NCBI GenBank assembly: GCA_964470125.1 | Contig: CAYYBO010000002.1 | Span: forward strand, 1-51,812 | DNA: 51,812 nucleotides | Source: an uncultured Planctomycetaceae bacterium | Lineage (GTDB): Bacteria; Planctomycetota; Phycisphaerae; UBA1845; UTPLA1 | Reading direction: 5' to 3' | In this document: positions 9,052 through 19,860 of the stretch, piece by piece | Layout of the letters: the number at the start of each line of letters is the position of its first letter | Position numbering within the stretch: the stretch's first letter is position 1 | Program-made: the position numbers and the translations under genes | Notes under the pieces: model-generated | What the model was told of the DNA's origin: nothing | The model's input: only the letters and a program-made list of their open reading frames with translations | Databases searched by the model: none

Positions 9052-10749
9052 ATGAGTATGCCGAATTTTGGTCGCTGGGCACAGTACCTGGGCGGTGGGC
9101 TGGGCTTCGCCGGTGAGCTGGCGAATCTCGTCCAGGGCATCCAGAATACCGAGTACGAGAACGAACAGAAGAAGCAGGGCCTCGCCACGCTGACGGGGCT
9201 TGCGCCGGACGTCGCGGCTGCACAGATCGGGCAGAGCATCTTCCAGCGCGAGCAGAACCGCCTGGACCAGGAAGCGGGGATCGGCCGCCGTTCCGCGAAC
9301 CTCTCCGCCTTCGCCGGGAACTACTTCGGCACGGGAACGACTGGCCGCTCTGGCTCTTACACCCCACAGAACCAGGAGCTGTCTCCGCTGTATCGCCGCG
9401 CCTCGAACCTCGCCGAAGACGCGCAGCAGCAGATCGAGCGCGGCGAAGCCATCAACACCGGCCAGCTGACTCCGGCCAACCTGGAGGCCGACGTGCGCTT
9501 CGAGTCGGGGAACACCGACGCGGCACTTGACCAGCTGCGGCAGGACCTCGCCAAGATCAAGCTGGGGGAGGGCGGGCTGAGCGAAGCCACAGGCAAGCTG
9601 ACCAGCGAGTCGCTCGCCGCGCTCAAGGCGGACGAGGCGGCTAGGCTCGGCGACATCAGTGCTCGCCTGGAGAAAACTCGTGGCGAGATCACCGCCGAAC
9701 ACGACCAGGTCGTGGGGAAGGCCGAGCAGAACTACAAAGACATCGTCGGCGACATCAAGAAGACGTTCGGCGAGTTCACCGGGATGGTGAAGGAAGGCCT
9801 GGCTTTCACCCGCCAGAACTTCACCGACGCCATCGCGAGCATCCGCGACACGGCCGCGCAGAACGTGGCGTCCGCAGCGGGCAATCTGGCGGTCAAAGCA
9901 CGCGAAGTGATTGGGGCGCTTGAGAAGCAACTCACCGGCGACCCCACCAAAGACCAGATGGTCCAGCGCCAGATCGCTGCCGCTAAAGCGAAGCTCAGCA
10001 CTGAAACGGGCGAGCTGGTTGGCGCGGCACGCAAGGAAGCCTCGAACTTCGTGACGACCGCGCGGCTCACCGCTAACGCCACGGCCCAAAATTCCATCGA
10101 CGCCCTGACGTCGTCCTACGGCACGGTCTCTGGAGTCTATGGCAACAACCTCAACAACGCCGAGGCCACCCGCGCCCAGGCCGTCCAGAACGCCTACGCC
10201 ACACTGACGACCGGCCGCATCACTCTCGACGAAACGTACGCCACGGCATCGAATGCCTCGGGGCAGTACCTGGCGCAGGCGGGCATCGCCGCCATGTCGC
10301 TGCGGGGTGCGGCGCTGATCTACGATGCCGACAAGCTCACGCAGTGCTACGACGGCCTCGACGCACTGACGGGCCAGGCTACGGCCGACGCCGTGGACCG
10401 CAACAACGCGCTGGGCGCCGGGGTGGCCAGTGCCATCGCGAACTTCGGCGAAATCACCAGCGCCGCCGCGCTTGCCCAAATGGGCGTCGATCTCTCGCAG
10501 GTTGACTTCTCCGCGCCGGGTGACTTCCTCACCTCGTGGGGCGTGACCGAGCGTGAACAGAACCGAGCGGACTTTGAAACGCGGCTGCTGGGCCGGCAGA
10601 TCGACCAGCAGGCGTGGCAAGGCCCTCTCAACTCGCTGCTGAGTGGCGGCATGAACATCACGACCCCCACCAAAACTGCGTCGAGCGCCAAGCCGACCAA
10701 CCCCTGGGGAGAGTGGACTCCGCAGGCGCCGTTTGGATTGCCTGTTTAA
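9052..10749 (+). CDS. hypothetical virion protein, coiled-coil rich (internal/ejection protein candidate)
   Basis: 565 aa, A/Q/E/L/T-rich with long helical stretches. Sits in the block preceding a >1100-aa protein, as in podovirus internal-core modules. Confidence 0.5.
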   Translation: MSMPNFGRWAQYLGGGLGFAGELANLVQGIQNTEYENEQKKQGLATLTGLAPDVAAAQIGQSIFQREQNRLDQEAGIGRRSANLSAFAGNYFGTGTTGRSGSYTPQNQELSPLYRRASNLAEDAQQQIERGEAINTGQLTPANLEADVRFESGNTDAALDQLRQDLAKIKLGEGGLSEATGKLTSESLAALKADEAARLGDISARLEKTRGEITAEHDQVVGKAEQNYKDIVGDIKKTFGEFTGMVKEGLAFTRQNFTDAIASIRDTAAQNVASAAGNLAVKAREVIGALEKQLTGDPTKDQMVQRQIAAAKAKLSTETGELVGAARKEASNFVTTARLTANATAQNSIDALTSSYGTVSGVYGNNLNNAEATRAQAVQNAYATLTTGRITLDETYATASNASGQYLAQAGIAAMSLRGAALIYDADKLTQCYDGLDALTGQATADAVDRNNALGAGVASAIANFGEITSAAALAQMGVDLSQVDFSAPGDFLTSWGVTEREQNRADFETRLLGRQIDQQAWQGPLNSLLSGGMNITTPTKTASSAKPTNPWGEWTPQAPFGLPV

Positions 10750-10767
10750 CCTTCACCGGAGCGTACC

Positions 10768-13371
10768 ATGAGTCGATTTCAGGTTGGACCGTTTTCCATC
10801 GGGCCGGACCCCAACGCGGAGCTGCAGCGGCAGCGCTACGAGCAGGACCGCGCCCTGGCCGAACTCGGCCTGCAGCTTCAACAGAAGGCCATGCGCGAGC
10901 AGGTCGCCCTCCAAGCCAAGACGGCGGCGGACGCTCGTGCCGACCAGAACCGGCTGGCCATCGAGCTGCAGCGGCAGTTGGCTGACCTCGATACGGAGCT
11001 GCGGACGAAGGCGTACGAGCGCTTCCAGCAGGAGTTCCCGTCGCGGCTGAACAACTTCGAGCGTGCGCAACTGGCAACGCAATACAAGGAAGCCGCCGAG
11101 AACATTCGTGCCACCTACGGGACGGCGCTCTCGGCTAGCCTCACCGCCGCCAACGAGAAGCAGCGCAACACTGCAGCCCAGGCCAAGCTCACCATCATGC
11201 AGGAGCTGGCGCGCCAACGCATCCAGAAGGAACAGCTCTACACCAACGTGCTGTCGACGGTGCTCGCCCGGGCACAGGCTGCCCCGACGCGTCTCCTGCA
11301 GGACCCGGATTTGCGCGCTGCCTGGGGAGGCACGGCTCGCTCGTTCGGGATCGACGTAGCCGAGCCTGCACAGACCGGATGGGCAGGCGGCTTGACGCAC
11401 GGCAGCGAGCAGCGCAAGAGGTTCGAGAAGGGCGTCGACGAAGCGATCGAGTCCGCAGCGTATGGCGCAGGCACGGTGGCTGGCTTCGTTGGCAACCCGT
11501 ACACTAAGGGTGTGGCTACCGCGAAGGCAGCGGCCGCCGCCCCGCCCGCACCAGCCGCCCAACCGAGTGCTCGGCCGGTGCCGCCGCAGCCCGAGTCTGT
11601 GCAGACCCCAGGGGGCCTTCTGCCTCCGGGGGGCCTCACCAGCGACGTCGTAGCCCAGGCGGCCACGCAGCCGACCGCTCCGTCAACTCAGCAAACCGCC
11701 ATCCAAATGAACGAACGCCGCTTGCTGCAGTATTTCATACCGGCCGCGTTTGACGCTCCGGCCTTCCGTCCGGCCACCGAAGCCCTGCTGAGCGGCGACA
11801 AAGACGCGCTGGCAAAGGTCTACGATACGATGGGCGAAGACGCCCGCGACGTATACGCACGGCTGATGAGCGACACGGCCAGTCAGCTGCTGGTCCTCGC
11901 GCAGTACGATCCGGTCACGGTGCGGAAGCTCGTCGCGGAAGTCGACGCCGGGATTGACCCCTTCGACCACAAAACCAAACTCGACGAGGACCGCCAGAAG
12001 GACCTGCGTTCCCAGCTGCTCGGCGCACTCGACCCCGACTACCAGAAGATTCGCCCCGTGCTGGGGAAGCTGGCCGATCGGGTTGCCGGTTACCAGGCAG
12101 CCATGACTTACCCCACGCGAACCGGCGCCAAGCAGAAGCTCTACGGGTCGATGACTGCGGAGGCTCCTCGCATTCTCTTCGGGCTGCACTCCATGCTGGA
12201 AATGAACGCCACGGAAGACGTCCCGCTGGCGGAGAACACGGCGCGGTTGCTGTCCCGCTCGGTGCTGGCACTGGCGGACCTTGGCCTCACCTACGACGAA
12301 GTAATGCAGTCGTCGGCGGTGCGCCAGGTACTCGACGCCAACCCCTACCTGAAGCAGCGGACGGGGCAGTTCTTCGGTTCCGAGCTGGCGTTGAGCGTCC
12401 TCAGCATCAGCAAGAACCGGCCCGACAAGGCTGCCATGTTGGCGGGAAACGGCTGGGACGCCAAGCGCATCGAACGCGAAACCCAAATGTACGCGGACGC
12501 TATGGGCTTGGAGCGCGACGAGGCGTCGTACGTCGCCGCCGGCCTGAACAGTGTGGGCGAAGCGCTAGCCAAGCGGCAGATCACGCCCGAGCAGGTACTG
12601 GCGCAGTTAATGGACCAGGAGACCGGGCAGTTCTACTTCGTCACCACCAACACGCTGCCCGACGGCGGCAAGGAAGTCGCCCGCATCATGTCGGTGAACG
12701 AGGCGTCGTTCCTCGACGATCGCGAGCGCAGCTACGGCGAGGCCCTGGCCAAGGAAGTTCCTTCTCTGTTGGATGAGCAGCTGTTGGCGATGAACGCGCC
12801 GCCCGCGTCCGCGTCGCCGGCAGCGACCGAAGGGGCCGTCGCCGCGACTGCTGCGGCCATCGCCACGAAGACCGCCCCGCCACTTCCGTCGACCCAGCCG
12901 CTCCCGGTGGAGGCGGAGCCGGCCGGTCCCGTCGACTACTACACTCAGCTTATGGAGCGGACCCTGCAGGAGGCGGGCTTGCCTCCACAGGCCGCGACGA
13001 ACGCCGCTGGCTCGACGGCTCCCACGCTGGCTGATGACCCCTCCGCGCTCGGCGGGGAGTATCTCGGCTTCAACCTCGACCAGTACTACCAGCGCCTGAT
13101 CGACTCGGCGAACGGGAAGGAGGCTCCGCCGCCTCAGGGTGCCAGCCTCCGCATCGGCGGTGGCGGGCGTGGCCTGACGGCCCAGGGTGGCCAGCCGTCT
13201 ATGTTGAAGACGACTCCTCCCAACCCCTCGCCGATCAAGCCGTCGCCCGGCCCCGAAGCCGAACAGACTACCGCCGCGCCGTCGGTGCCCTTGCCGACAC
13301 TGGAGACGCCGCCTGCCCCTCAGCCGGCACGTCGACCCGCCCCGACCCTTGGCTCGGCCATGTACCACTAA
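10768..13371 (+). CDS. hypothetical virion protein, coiled-coil N-terminus and P/A-rich linkers (internal/ejection protein candidate)
   Basis: 867 aa with GGAG RBS at 10758-10761. Confidence 0.5.
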   Translation: MSRFQVGPFSIGPDPNAELQRQRYEQDRALAELGLQLQQKAMREQVALQAKTAADARADQNRLAIELQRQLADLDTELRTKAYERFQQEFPSRLNNFERAQLATQYKEAAENIRATYGTALSASLTAANEKQRNTAAQAKLTIMQELARQRIQKEQLYTNVLSTVLARAQAAPTRLLQDPDLRAAWGGTARSFGIDVAEPAQTGWAGGLTHGSEQRKRFEKGVDEAIESAAYGAGTVAGFVGNPYTKGVATAKAAAAAPPAPAAQPSARPVPPQPESVQTPGGLLPPGGLTSDVVAQAATQPTAPSTQQTAIQMNERRLLQYFIPAAFDAPAFRPATEALLSGDKDALAKVYDTMGEDARDVYARLMSDTASQLLVLAQYDPVTVRKLVAEVDAGIDPFDHKTKLDEDRQKDLRSQLLGALDPDYQKIRPVLGKLADRVAGYQAAMTYPTRTGAKQKLYGSMTAEAPRILFGLHSMLEMNATEDVPLAENTARLLSRSVLALADLGLTYDEVMQSSAVRQVLDANPYLKQRTGQFFGSELALSVLSISKNRPDKAAMLAGNGWDAKRIERETQMYADAMGLERDEASYVAAGLNSVGEALAKRQITPEQVLAQLMDQETGQFYFVTTNTLPDGGKEVARIMSVNEASFLDDRERSYGEALAKEVPSLLDEQLLAMNAPPASASPAATEGAVAATAAAIATKTAPPLPSTQPLPVEAEPAGPVDYYTQLMERTLQEAGLPPQAATNAAGSTAPTLADDPSALGGEYLGFNLDQYYQRLIDSANGKEAPPPQGASLRIGGGGRGLTAQGGQPSMLKTTPPNPSPIKPSPGPEAEQTTAAPSVPLPTLETPPAPQPARRPAPTLGSAMYH

Positions 13372-13383
13372 CAGGAGCAACCA

Positions 13384-13902
13384 ATGCCTATCCAGATTCC
13401 AGGTATCGACGCCCCCATCCCCAACCTGCCGACGCCGCCGTCCGGACTGACCGGAAAGCTGCTCTCGGCCGCGCCGTGGCTCAGCAAGCTGGGCTTCATC
13501 GGACGGATCGCCGCCAACCCCATTGGGGGCATCGCGCTGTGGCTCCTCGCAGACAAGCTGCTGTTTGGACGCGGCGGCAGCCACCCCGACGAAAAGCTCC
13601 TGCGGGAGCAGCAGCAGAACGCCGCCGTCGCCAACGCTATGTTGATGGCGGACGAGAGCGAGCAGCGCCGGATGCAGGGCTTGTCCGAGATCGGCGCGCT
13701 GGGGGCAGCCCGTTCGGGCGCGGCCACAGCTTCCACGATGGGGCAGCTGGGACAGGCGTCCGCCATCGGGAACTCGGCCCCGGAAATCGGAGACGCCCGC
13801 GCCCGGGCCGACCTCGCCTACCAACTGATGATGTCTATGCCGCCGGACAGTTCCCCTGGCGTGGACGTGTCTCCTGTTCTCGCACAGAAGTTCTTCACGT
13901 AG
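13384..13902 (+). CDS. hypothetical membrane-associated virion protein
   Basis: 172 aa with AGGAG RBS. Hydrophobic segment IAANPIGGIALWLLADKLLF. Confidence 0.5.
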   Translation: MPIQIPGIDAPIPNLPTPPSGLTGKLLSAAPWLSKLGFIGRIAANPIGGIALWLLADKLLFGRGGSHPDEKLLREQQQNAAVANAMLMADESEQRRMQGLSEIGALGAARSGAATASTMGQLGQASAIGNSAPEIGDARARADLAYQLMMSMPPDSSPGVDVSPVLAQKFFT

Positions 13903-13911
13903 GAGCTGAAC

Positions 13912-15528
13912 GTGCCTCGCAAAGCCAAAGCCAAACCCACCGCCGCCAATAAGTCCGACGCGCTGGCTGAGTTCTCTCGCCAGATGAACACGCTGGAGAA
14001 GACGGCTCGTCAGTTGAACGACCGGGAGCAGCGCGACAACATCAAGCGCCTCCGCAAGGCCATCCTCGACAACTACAAGCGAGTGGTCGAAGGTCAGGGG
14101 GCCGCTGCTGGCGACGCTCTGCTGGTCTCCGCCACCAAGCTAGTGAAGGAGAACGCGCCGATCGACCGGCCCGAAGCCTCTTCCGCCGTGCCCGACACCC
14201 AGGCTATGCGCACGGCCGCCAACGCCGCGCCGACGACCACCACCGTCGCCAGCTTCAATGAGAAGACGCCGCTTCCCGACGACATGACCTCCGCCGATCC
14301 GGCAGCGGCGATGGAGGCCGCCGAGGGCGAACTCGCCCCCAAAACGAAAGCCAGCGAGAGACTCGCCGTCGCCGAATCTGCCAAGGCTGCCAGGGAAGCC
14401 TTCAGCAAGCTGCCGCCCGACCAGCAGTCAACGGTGAAGAAGGTGCGGGCGTTCTTCGTGGGCCGCACGTCCACGGGGAAAGGCCCGGCTCTGCCGTTCG
14501 CGGCCGCCCTCACGAAGATCGACGACGCGCAAGTGGCGCCGTGGCTGCTCCGCGCGGCCGAGTACGGTGCAACGCACCCCGGCGAAGTCTCCGCCGCCCA
14601 AACCAACGCACTGCGGGCGCTGGCGGAGGAGCTGGCGGGCGGAGCACTGACCACGCCGAACGCGGCTGCCAGGGAAGAGCGAGTCGTCAAGCTGCTGGCA
14701 CAGCTCGGCCGCCTGGACCACCCCGGCCTCGGTAACGCCCTGGCACAGAACGCCTTTCCCGAGAAGGGTCCTGGCGTCACGCGCCGGGGGACCCCTGCCA
14801 AACGTGCCGTTGCGGATGCCGCCGCCGAAGCCAAAGCTGCGGCCGTAGCTGCCGGCGCAACCGGAGCGGATGTCGCGGCCGTGGGCGCCACTCCCGTCGG
14901 CACAGACCCGACCGGCCGTCCCGAGTACTCCGCGAAGACCGTGGAGGGCGCCCCGGCTCGTGTTCAACCTGAAGCGGTGACGCCTCCCGCCCGCCCGGCT
15001 GCCGAAGAAGCAGCGAAGGTGGCGGAGGAGAAACTTCGTTCGCGCCAGACGCTCCCGAAACCGGAGCGGCTCCCGCCCGGCCCTACAGGGACCGGCCCCA
15101 TGGTCGAGAACACGCCGGGCTCCTGGGAGAAGTTCAAGGGCCTGGTGAAGAAGCACCCCGTGCTGTCGGTGCTGGCGCTGATCCTCGGCTCGAAGCTCCT
15201 CATGGGAGGCAACGACGCTTCCTCGAACCAACTGGCCATGCAGCTCGCGACTCAGCAGGCGGCTCAGCAGCCGCAGGACCTTCCCCCTCAACTCAAGCGC
15301 CTGCTGCTGGAGAAGCTCGCTGCGCGCCAGGCCCAGGCTGGCCCCGTAACCAGCGCTGCCTACAACATGCGGATGGCCGCGCTACAACAGGCTGCAGCCT
15401 ATGCACAAGGGGCGGTGCCCGGCCGCGTGGTGCACGGCCCGCCTGATCCTAGCCTGCTCGACGTCGTGTCTCAGCGGGCAGCCGCAACACAAATGCCGCC
15501 GTGGCTGATGCTGCCGGGCGGCGGCTAA
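13912..15528 (+). CDS. hypothetical Ala-rich protein with C-terminal transmembrane segment
   Basis: 538 aa with GTG start at 13912 after AGGAG. Hydrophobic HPVLSVLALILGSKLLMGG near the C-terminus. Confidence 0.5.
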   Translation: MPRKAKAKPTAANKSDALAEFSRQMNTLEKTARQLNDREQRDNIKRLRKAILDNYKRVVEGQGAAAGDALLVSATKLVKENAPIDRPEASSAVPDTQAMRTAANAAPTTTTVASFNEKTPLPDDMTSADPAAAMEAAEGELAPKTKASERLAVAESAKAAREAFSKLPPDQQSTVKKVRAFFVGRTSTGKGPALPFAAALTKIDDAQVAPWLLRAAEYGATHPGEVSAAQTNALRALAEELAGGALTTPNAAAREERVVKLLAQLGRLDHPGLGNALAQNAFPEKGPGVTRRGTPAKRAVADAAAEAKAAAVAAGATGADVAAVGATPVGTDPTGRPEYSAKTVEGAPARVQPEAVTPPARPAAEEAAKVAEEKLRSRQTLPKPERLPPGPTGTGPMVENTPGSWEKFKGLVKKHPVLSVLALILGSKLLMGGNDASSNQLAMQLATQQAAQQPQDLPPQLKRLLLEKLAARQAQAGPVTSAAYNMRMAALQQAAAYAQGAVPGRVVHGPPDPSLLDVVSQRAAATQMPPWLMLPGGG

Positions 15529-15540
15529 TCGGAGGCTTCC

Positions 15541-18500
15541 ATGTCAGACGCCATACTGCTCACGCCCGATGTGGTGCTGGGCACGAACATGCTGTTGGAT
15601 AGGCCCGGCCTCTCCCTGATGAACCTGCTGGAGGGGAACGTCGGCGCGGCCGCCGAATCGCTCTACGACCCGGACGCGCTGTCGCCGGAGCAGCGCCAGT
15701 CGATGGCCGCGCGCCTCGGCTTAACCGGCTCTATCCTGGAGCCCCTGGTGAACATCGTCTCGAATCCGATGGTCATCGCCGGGCTCGTCGGTACGCTCAT
15801 GACCCGGAACCCCGGTGCCGTAGCCCGCACCTTGATGAAGGAGGGCGGCGCCAAGGCCAGTAAGCTCGCCAGAAGCATCGCCCCCATGCCGGAGATCGTC
15901 GCCGACACTCCGCTGGCTCGCCTGCTGATGGCCGCGCCCGCCCACGCCATGAAGGAATTGCTCCCGCACATCGAGCGCTACAACCGCATGTTCGACAGGT
16001 TCGAGCGGGCGGCGGGGCGTTATCCCACCGAGGCGGAGCTACGCACGCTCTTCGAGTACCGAGAACATACGTTCAGCCGTTCGGCTAAGCCCTGGCAGAG
16101 CATGGCCGAACGCGCCGCCGACGACGGCTTCGAGAACGTAGCGGAGGGCATCCTCGCCAAGGTCGAAGCCCGTAACCAGCAGGTTCGCGCCGACTGGGCG
16201 GCACTCACCGAGGCACAGCCGGCCTTCAAGGGACTGCTGCGGGACACGGCCGCCTGGACGCACAACTTCGCTCGCACGATCCTCGACCCCGAACGGGCGC
16301 CTTACTTCTACCGCATGCTCAAGAACAGCGGAGACATTGCCCACCTGCCGCGCGACGTCGCCCGCACGCTCGAAGATTACCTGCCACACCTGGCCGAGCG
16401 GACCTACGAAACGGAAGCGGCGGACCTGGCTGCGGCCGCGCGTCAGTTCGTCAGTGGAACGCGCGAGATCAGCCAGGGCGCCACGTCCGCAACGCACCGA
16501 CGCAACGTCATGCTGCCGAGTCGCCAGCGCCTGTCCGAATTCCTCGACGCGGACGAGCTGGCGTTCCTCGACCAGTACACCGCACAAGGCCCGGCAGGTC
16601 CCATGTACTACTCAACGGACCTGGGCCGGGTGCTGCGTCAGTACTTCCACCGCGCCTACAACACCCTCCAGTTCTCGGTGCCGATGAGGAAGACGCCGCT
16701 CTACGACCTGCCGAAGGTCGCATTGCCTCCAGCCAATGAGTTCGCCGGACTGGAGTGGAAGCGAGAGGCTCTGGCTGACGTGCTGGGGCCGTACGCGGAT
16801 CGGCCCGAGGCCGCGTGGGTGGCCGGCTACACCGCTCCGACACAGCGCGGCAACAACATCCGTCGCGCCCTGGCGGAGGCGGAGGTCGACCCGCTGCCCG
16901 AGCAACTCATCGCCAAGGCGGCGGCGCGGTTCGCATCGCGCAACCCGAAGCAGGCCGTCGAAGCGCACCGACTCATGCGGCAGGCGATCACCACCTATGA
17001 GGGGCGCGGGCAGACCGAGCTGGCGGCGAGGGCGCATGCCGTTTACGCGAGGCAGTACCCGCGCGCGGCCGCTGGGATCGTCCACGAGGCGGCGCTCGGC
17101 GAGCAAATCCACGCCCAACTCGGCCAACTGGAGCGCAGCGTCGAGGACCCCGCCTACTGGAAAGGGGTCGTCCGTGATATTCGGGAGGTCACCCTCCCCC
17201 AAATGATGGGCGCGTTTACTCCGAAGCAGCTGCGGTCGATGCAGAGCTTCGCCGGCTTGAAGGAGTGGTCGGCCAAGCAGCTCCGCCGGCTGAAGGAGTG
17301 GGGGCCGGTCAAGCAATACGCCGGAGCGCTGGAGCGAGCAGCCGAGCGGATCGAGCGCTCTCCCTACAGCTACGCAGCCATGGGCCACGACATCACGTCC
17401 TACCTGACGATGACGACCCTGGGCGCGCCGAACTTCCTCGCGCCGCTCACCAACATGATGCAGGTCGTCTCCAACATGAGCGGGATGTTCGGTGCGAAGT
17501 ACGCCCGCGAATCCTGGACGTACACCATCGACCAGATGCGCAAGTACGTCGTGGCTCGCGCTCCGAAGGCACTGGGGGGCCAGGCCATGGAAGCCAACGA
17601 GGCGGCACGGAAGTACCTCGGCGACTTCGGCCGCAACGTCCTGCAACTGGACGCAACCCTCGGCAAGGCCACGGAGTCCACGCTGGAGAACCTCACGCGA
17701 CAGGCCGTCGGAGCCGGCAAGGGCACGCGCGCCATGGACCACCTGCGCAACACGCTGATGGCTCCGTTCCAGTTCAGTGAATTGTTCAACCGGATGTGGT
17801 CGTACAACTGGGCGCGGTTCCACCTGCAGGACGAGCTGCCGGGGAAGGTCGTCTACATGGCCTCGCGCGGCGCGAAGGTGCGGCTGCCTTATCGCGGCCA
17901 AGGCAAGTTGCGGTTGCTGCGCGAGGCGGTCGACGAGCACGCCGCCGAACTCATGTACGCAACGCAGTTTGGCACCGGCCCCCTCCAGAAGCCCTTCATG
18001 TTGACGGAGTGGTGGCAGCCCCTGCAACAGTACCTCGGCTACCCGATTCGACAGCTCAACCTCCTGCGCAACATCGTGAAGGACCCGGCCTACGCCGCGC
18101 GCACCGCGCTGGTCGTGGGTGGCCTCTACGCAACAGTGCGGGAATCCCTCGGCGTAGACTACACGCGCGGCCTGGCGACCGGCGGTATCCCTCAAATCAC
18201 GGAAGACTCGCCGTTCGCTCCGCTGCAGGTGCCGCCATTCGTGGGCCTTGTCGGTGCTGGGATGCAAGCCGTGGGCGGAGACAGCGAGGCCCTGCGCAAG
18301 GCGCTGCCCACGCTGGTGCCGGGCGGCGTCGGCTTGGCTCGACTGGCCACGGCACTGCCGGGGGTCGAGGGAGTACAGCGGTTCACGCGCCGGCAGTACG
18401 CCGACTACAACGCGCAGACCCCGGACGGCCGCGTCCCTCTCTATTCGGCGGACGGAGCGCTGATCGGCTACTTCTCGAAGGGCCAGCTGTTCGCGCGGGC

Positions 18501-19068
18501 GCTGGGCGTCGGCGACGTGGGTGTCGAGCAAGAGCACGCGCTGACGAGCTTCGCCCTGCGGCAGCGAGACGAGGTCCGTCAACTCAAGCGCGAGTACCTG
18601 GAGGCGCTGTCGTCGGGCGACTCTCTCTCCGTCAAGCGCATCGACGAGCTGTGGCGCCACAAGTACCCGGGGCTGGGGCCGATCCCCGTGCGCAAGCAGG
18701 ACATGCGCTCGCTGCACTTGCGCCAAGACGTGACGCGGTTGGAGCGCGTGCTGGAGACGCTGCCTCCGGAGCTGCGCCCCCATTTCACTACAGCTATAGC
18801 TACGTCGTTCGGCGCTGAGTACCCGGACATCCTCGGCCTCGCAGAACCCGGCCTCTCAGCGGGAACGACGATTCAACTACGGGAACCGTACAGGGCACGC
18901 CGGATGAGCAGCCCCGGCGGCGGTCGGCAGCCCCTGGGGTTGGAGTCCCGACACGGCTTGAAGCTGCGGGATCGCCTGCTCAGCGAGGCCGACACTACCG
19001 CCCAAAATGTGGAGTTGCCGGGGATGTTCCCCGCAACGGACACTGACTCTTTGCTTGGAGGCTTTTGA
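15541..19068 (+). CDS. very large virion protein (T7 gp16-like position; internal core/ejection candidate)
   Basis: 1175 aa with GGAGG RBS at 15531-15535. Largest ORF and the last of the structural block. Confidence 0.5.
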   Translation: MSDAILLTPDVVLGTNMLLDRPGLSLMNLLEGNVGAAAESLYDPDALSPEQRQSMAARLGLTGSILEPLVNIVSNPMVIAGLVGTLMTRNPGAVARTLMKEGGAKASKLARSIAPMPEIVADTPLARLLMAAPAHAMKELLPHIERYNRMFDRFERAAGRYPTEAELRTLFEYREHTFSRSAKPWQSMAERAADDGFENVAEGILAKVEARNQQVRADWAALTEAQPAFKGLLRDTAAWTHNFARTILDPERAPYFYRMLKNSGDIAHLPRDVARTLEDYLPHLAERTYETEAADLAAAARQFVSGTREISQGATSATHRRNVMLPSRQRLSEFLDADELAFLDQYTAQGPAGPMYYSTDLGRVLRQYFHRAYNTLQFSVPMRKTPLYDLPKVALPPANEFAGLEWKREALADVLGPYADRPEAAWVAGYTAPTQRGNNIRRALAEAEVDPLPEQLIAKAAARFASRNPKQAVEAHRLMRQAITTYEGRGQTELAARAHAVYARQYPRAAAGIVHEAALGEQIHAQLGQLERSVEDPAYWKGVVRDIREVTLPQMMGAFTPKQLRSMQSFAGLKEWSAKQLRRLKEWGPVKQYAGALERAAERIERSPYSYAAMGHDITSYLTMTTLGAPNFLAPLTNMMQVVSNMSGMFGAKYARESWTYTIDQMRKYVVARAPKALGGQAMEANEAARKYLGDFGRNVLQLDATLGKATESTLENLTRQAVGAGKGTRAMDHLRNTLMAPFQFSELFNRMWSYNWARFHLQDELPGKVVYMASRGAKVRLPYRGQGKLRLLREAVDEHAAELMYATQFGTGPLQKPFMLTEWWQPLQQYLGYPIRQLNLLRNIVKDPAYAARTALVVGGLYATVRESLGVDYTRGLATGGIPQITEDSPFAPLQVPPFVGLVGAGMQAVGGDSEALRKALPTLVPGGVGLARLATALPGVEGVQRFTRRQYADYNAQTPDGRVPLYSADGALIGYFSKGQLFARALGVGDVGVEQEHALTSFALRQRDEVRQLKREYLEALSSGDSLSVKRIDELWRHKYPGLGPIPVRKQDMRSLHLRQDVTRLERVLETLPPELRPHFTTAIATSFGAEYPDILGLAEPGLSAGTTIQLREPYRARRMSSPGGGRQPLGLESRHGLKLRDRLLSEADTTAQNVELPGMFPATDTDSLLGGF

Positions 19069-19069
19069 G

Positions 19070-19594
19070 ATGTTGTCTGACAATTTCCCACAGTACATCA
19101 CGCGGGTGTTGCGTCGCCACCTGGAGGGCTATTCCTTCCTCCTCACGCAGACGATGATTACCGGGCAGGCGGGCCTGGCGATCGCTGATCCGAAGCCGGG
19201 TTCTCCTGGCGCCGACATGGGACCGGCGATGATCGTGCCGCTGGCCATCACGCACCCTCGCTTCGGCAACAGAGTGTTGTTCGGGTCGATCCCTGTGCCG
19301 GTGGCTCTCCTTCTTCGTGCGAATACGACCAACCAGTGGGGCCGAGTCGAGGAGGTGTTGAAGGCCTTCTGCGACTTCGTGACGAAGCAGCCGGACGAGC
19401 CGCCTGTGTCGGACGAGAAGGCTGATCCGGAGACGTGCCAGCACGAGGCAGAGTACACCGACCCCGAGGGCCACTGCATGGCCTGCGGCATGTCCGCCGC
19501 CGACCGTGAGTCTCAGAAGGCCCGCCGCCTGGCCGACGCCGCGATGGACGCGGCCCGTGGCGACAACCCCGATCTGCGCGTGGTGGTCCCGTGA
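19070..19594 (+). CDS. hypothetical protein
   Basis: ATG at 19070, 2 nt after the upstream TGA. 174 aa. The track ORF from 19007 overlaps the previous gene. Confidence 0.5.
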   Translation: MLSDNFPQYITRVLRRHLEGYSFLLTQTMITGQAGLAIADPKPGSPGADMGPAMIVPLAITHPRFGNRVLFGSIPVPVALLLRANTTNQWGRVEEVLKAFCDFVTKQPDEPPVSDEKADPETCQHEAEYTDPEGHCMACGMSAADRESQKARRLADAAMDAARGDNPDLRVVVP

Positions 19595-19860
19595 CGCCGC
19601 AACCGCCGGAAGGGTACGCGACGTGGCTGGACTACGTTCTCGACCCGGGTGACCCATACAAGAGCTTCGCGGGAGAATGGGCCGCTGCCGAACTCGCCGC
19701 GCTGCGCGCCGAGCGGGACGCTTGGAAAGCATTGTCAACACGGACACAGGCGGCGCTGGCCGAATTAGTGCTCGCCGTACGATTGCATCCGGCCGACGTG
19801 GGCCACGACGCTGCATTGCGTTCCGCCATTGCCACCCTGCGCCCGGAGGACAAGCCATGA
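19591..19860 (+). CDS. hypothetical protein
   Basis: 89 aa with GTG start overlapping the upstream stop (GTGA). Contains ELAALRAERD, encoded by a 30-bp exact repeat. Confidence 0.5.
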   Translation: MTPQPPEGYATWLDYVLDPGDPYKSFAGEWAAAELAALRAERDAWKALSTRTQAALAELVLAVRLHPADVGHDAALRSAIATLRPEDKP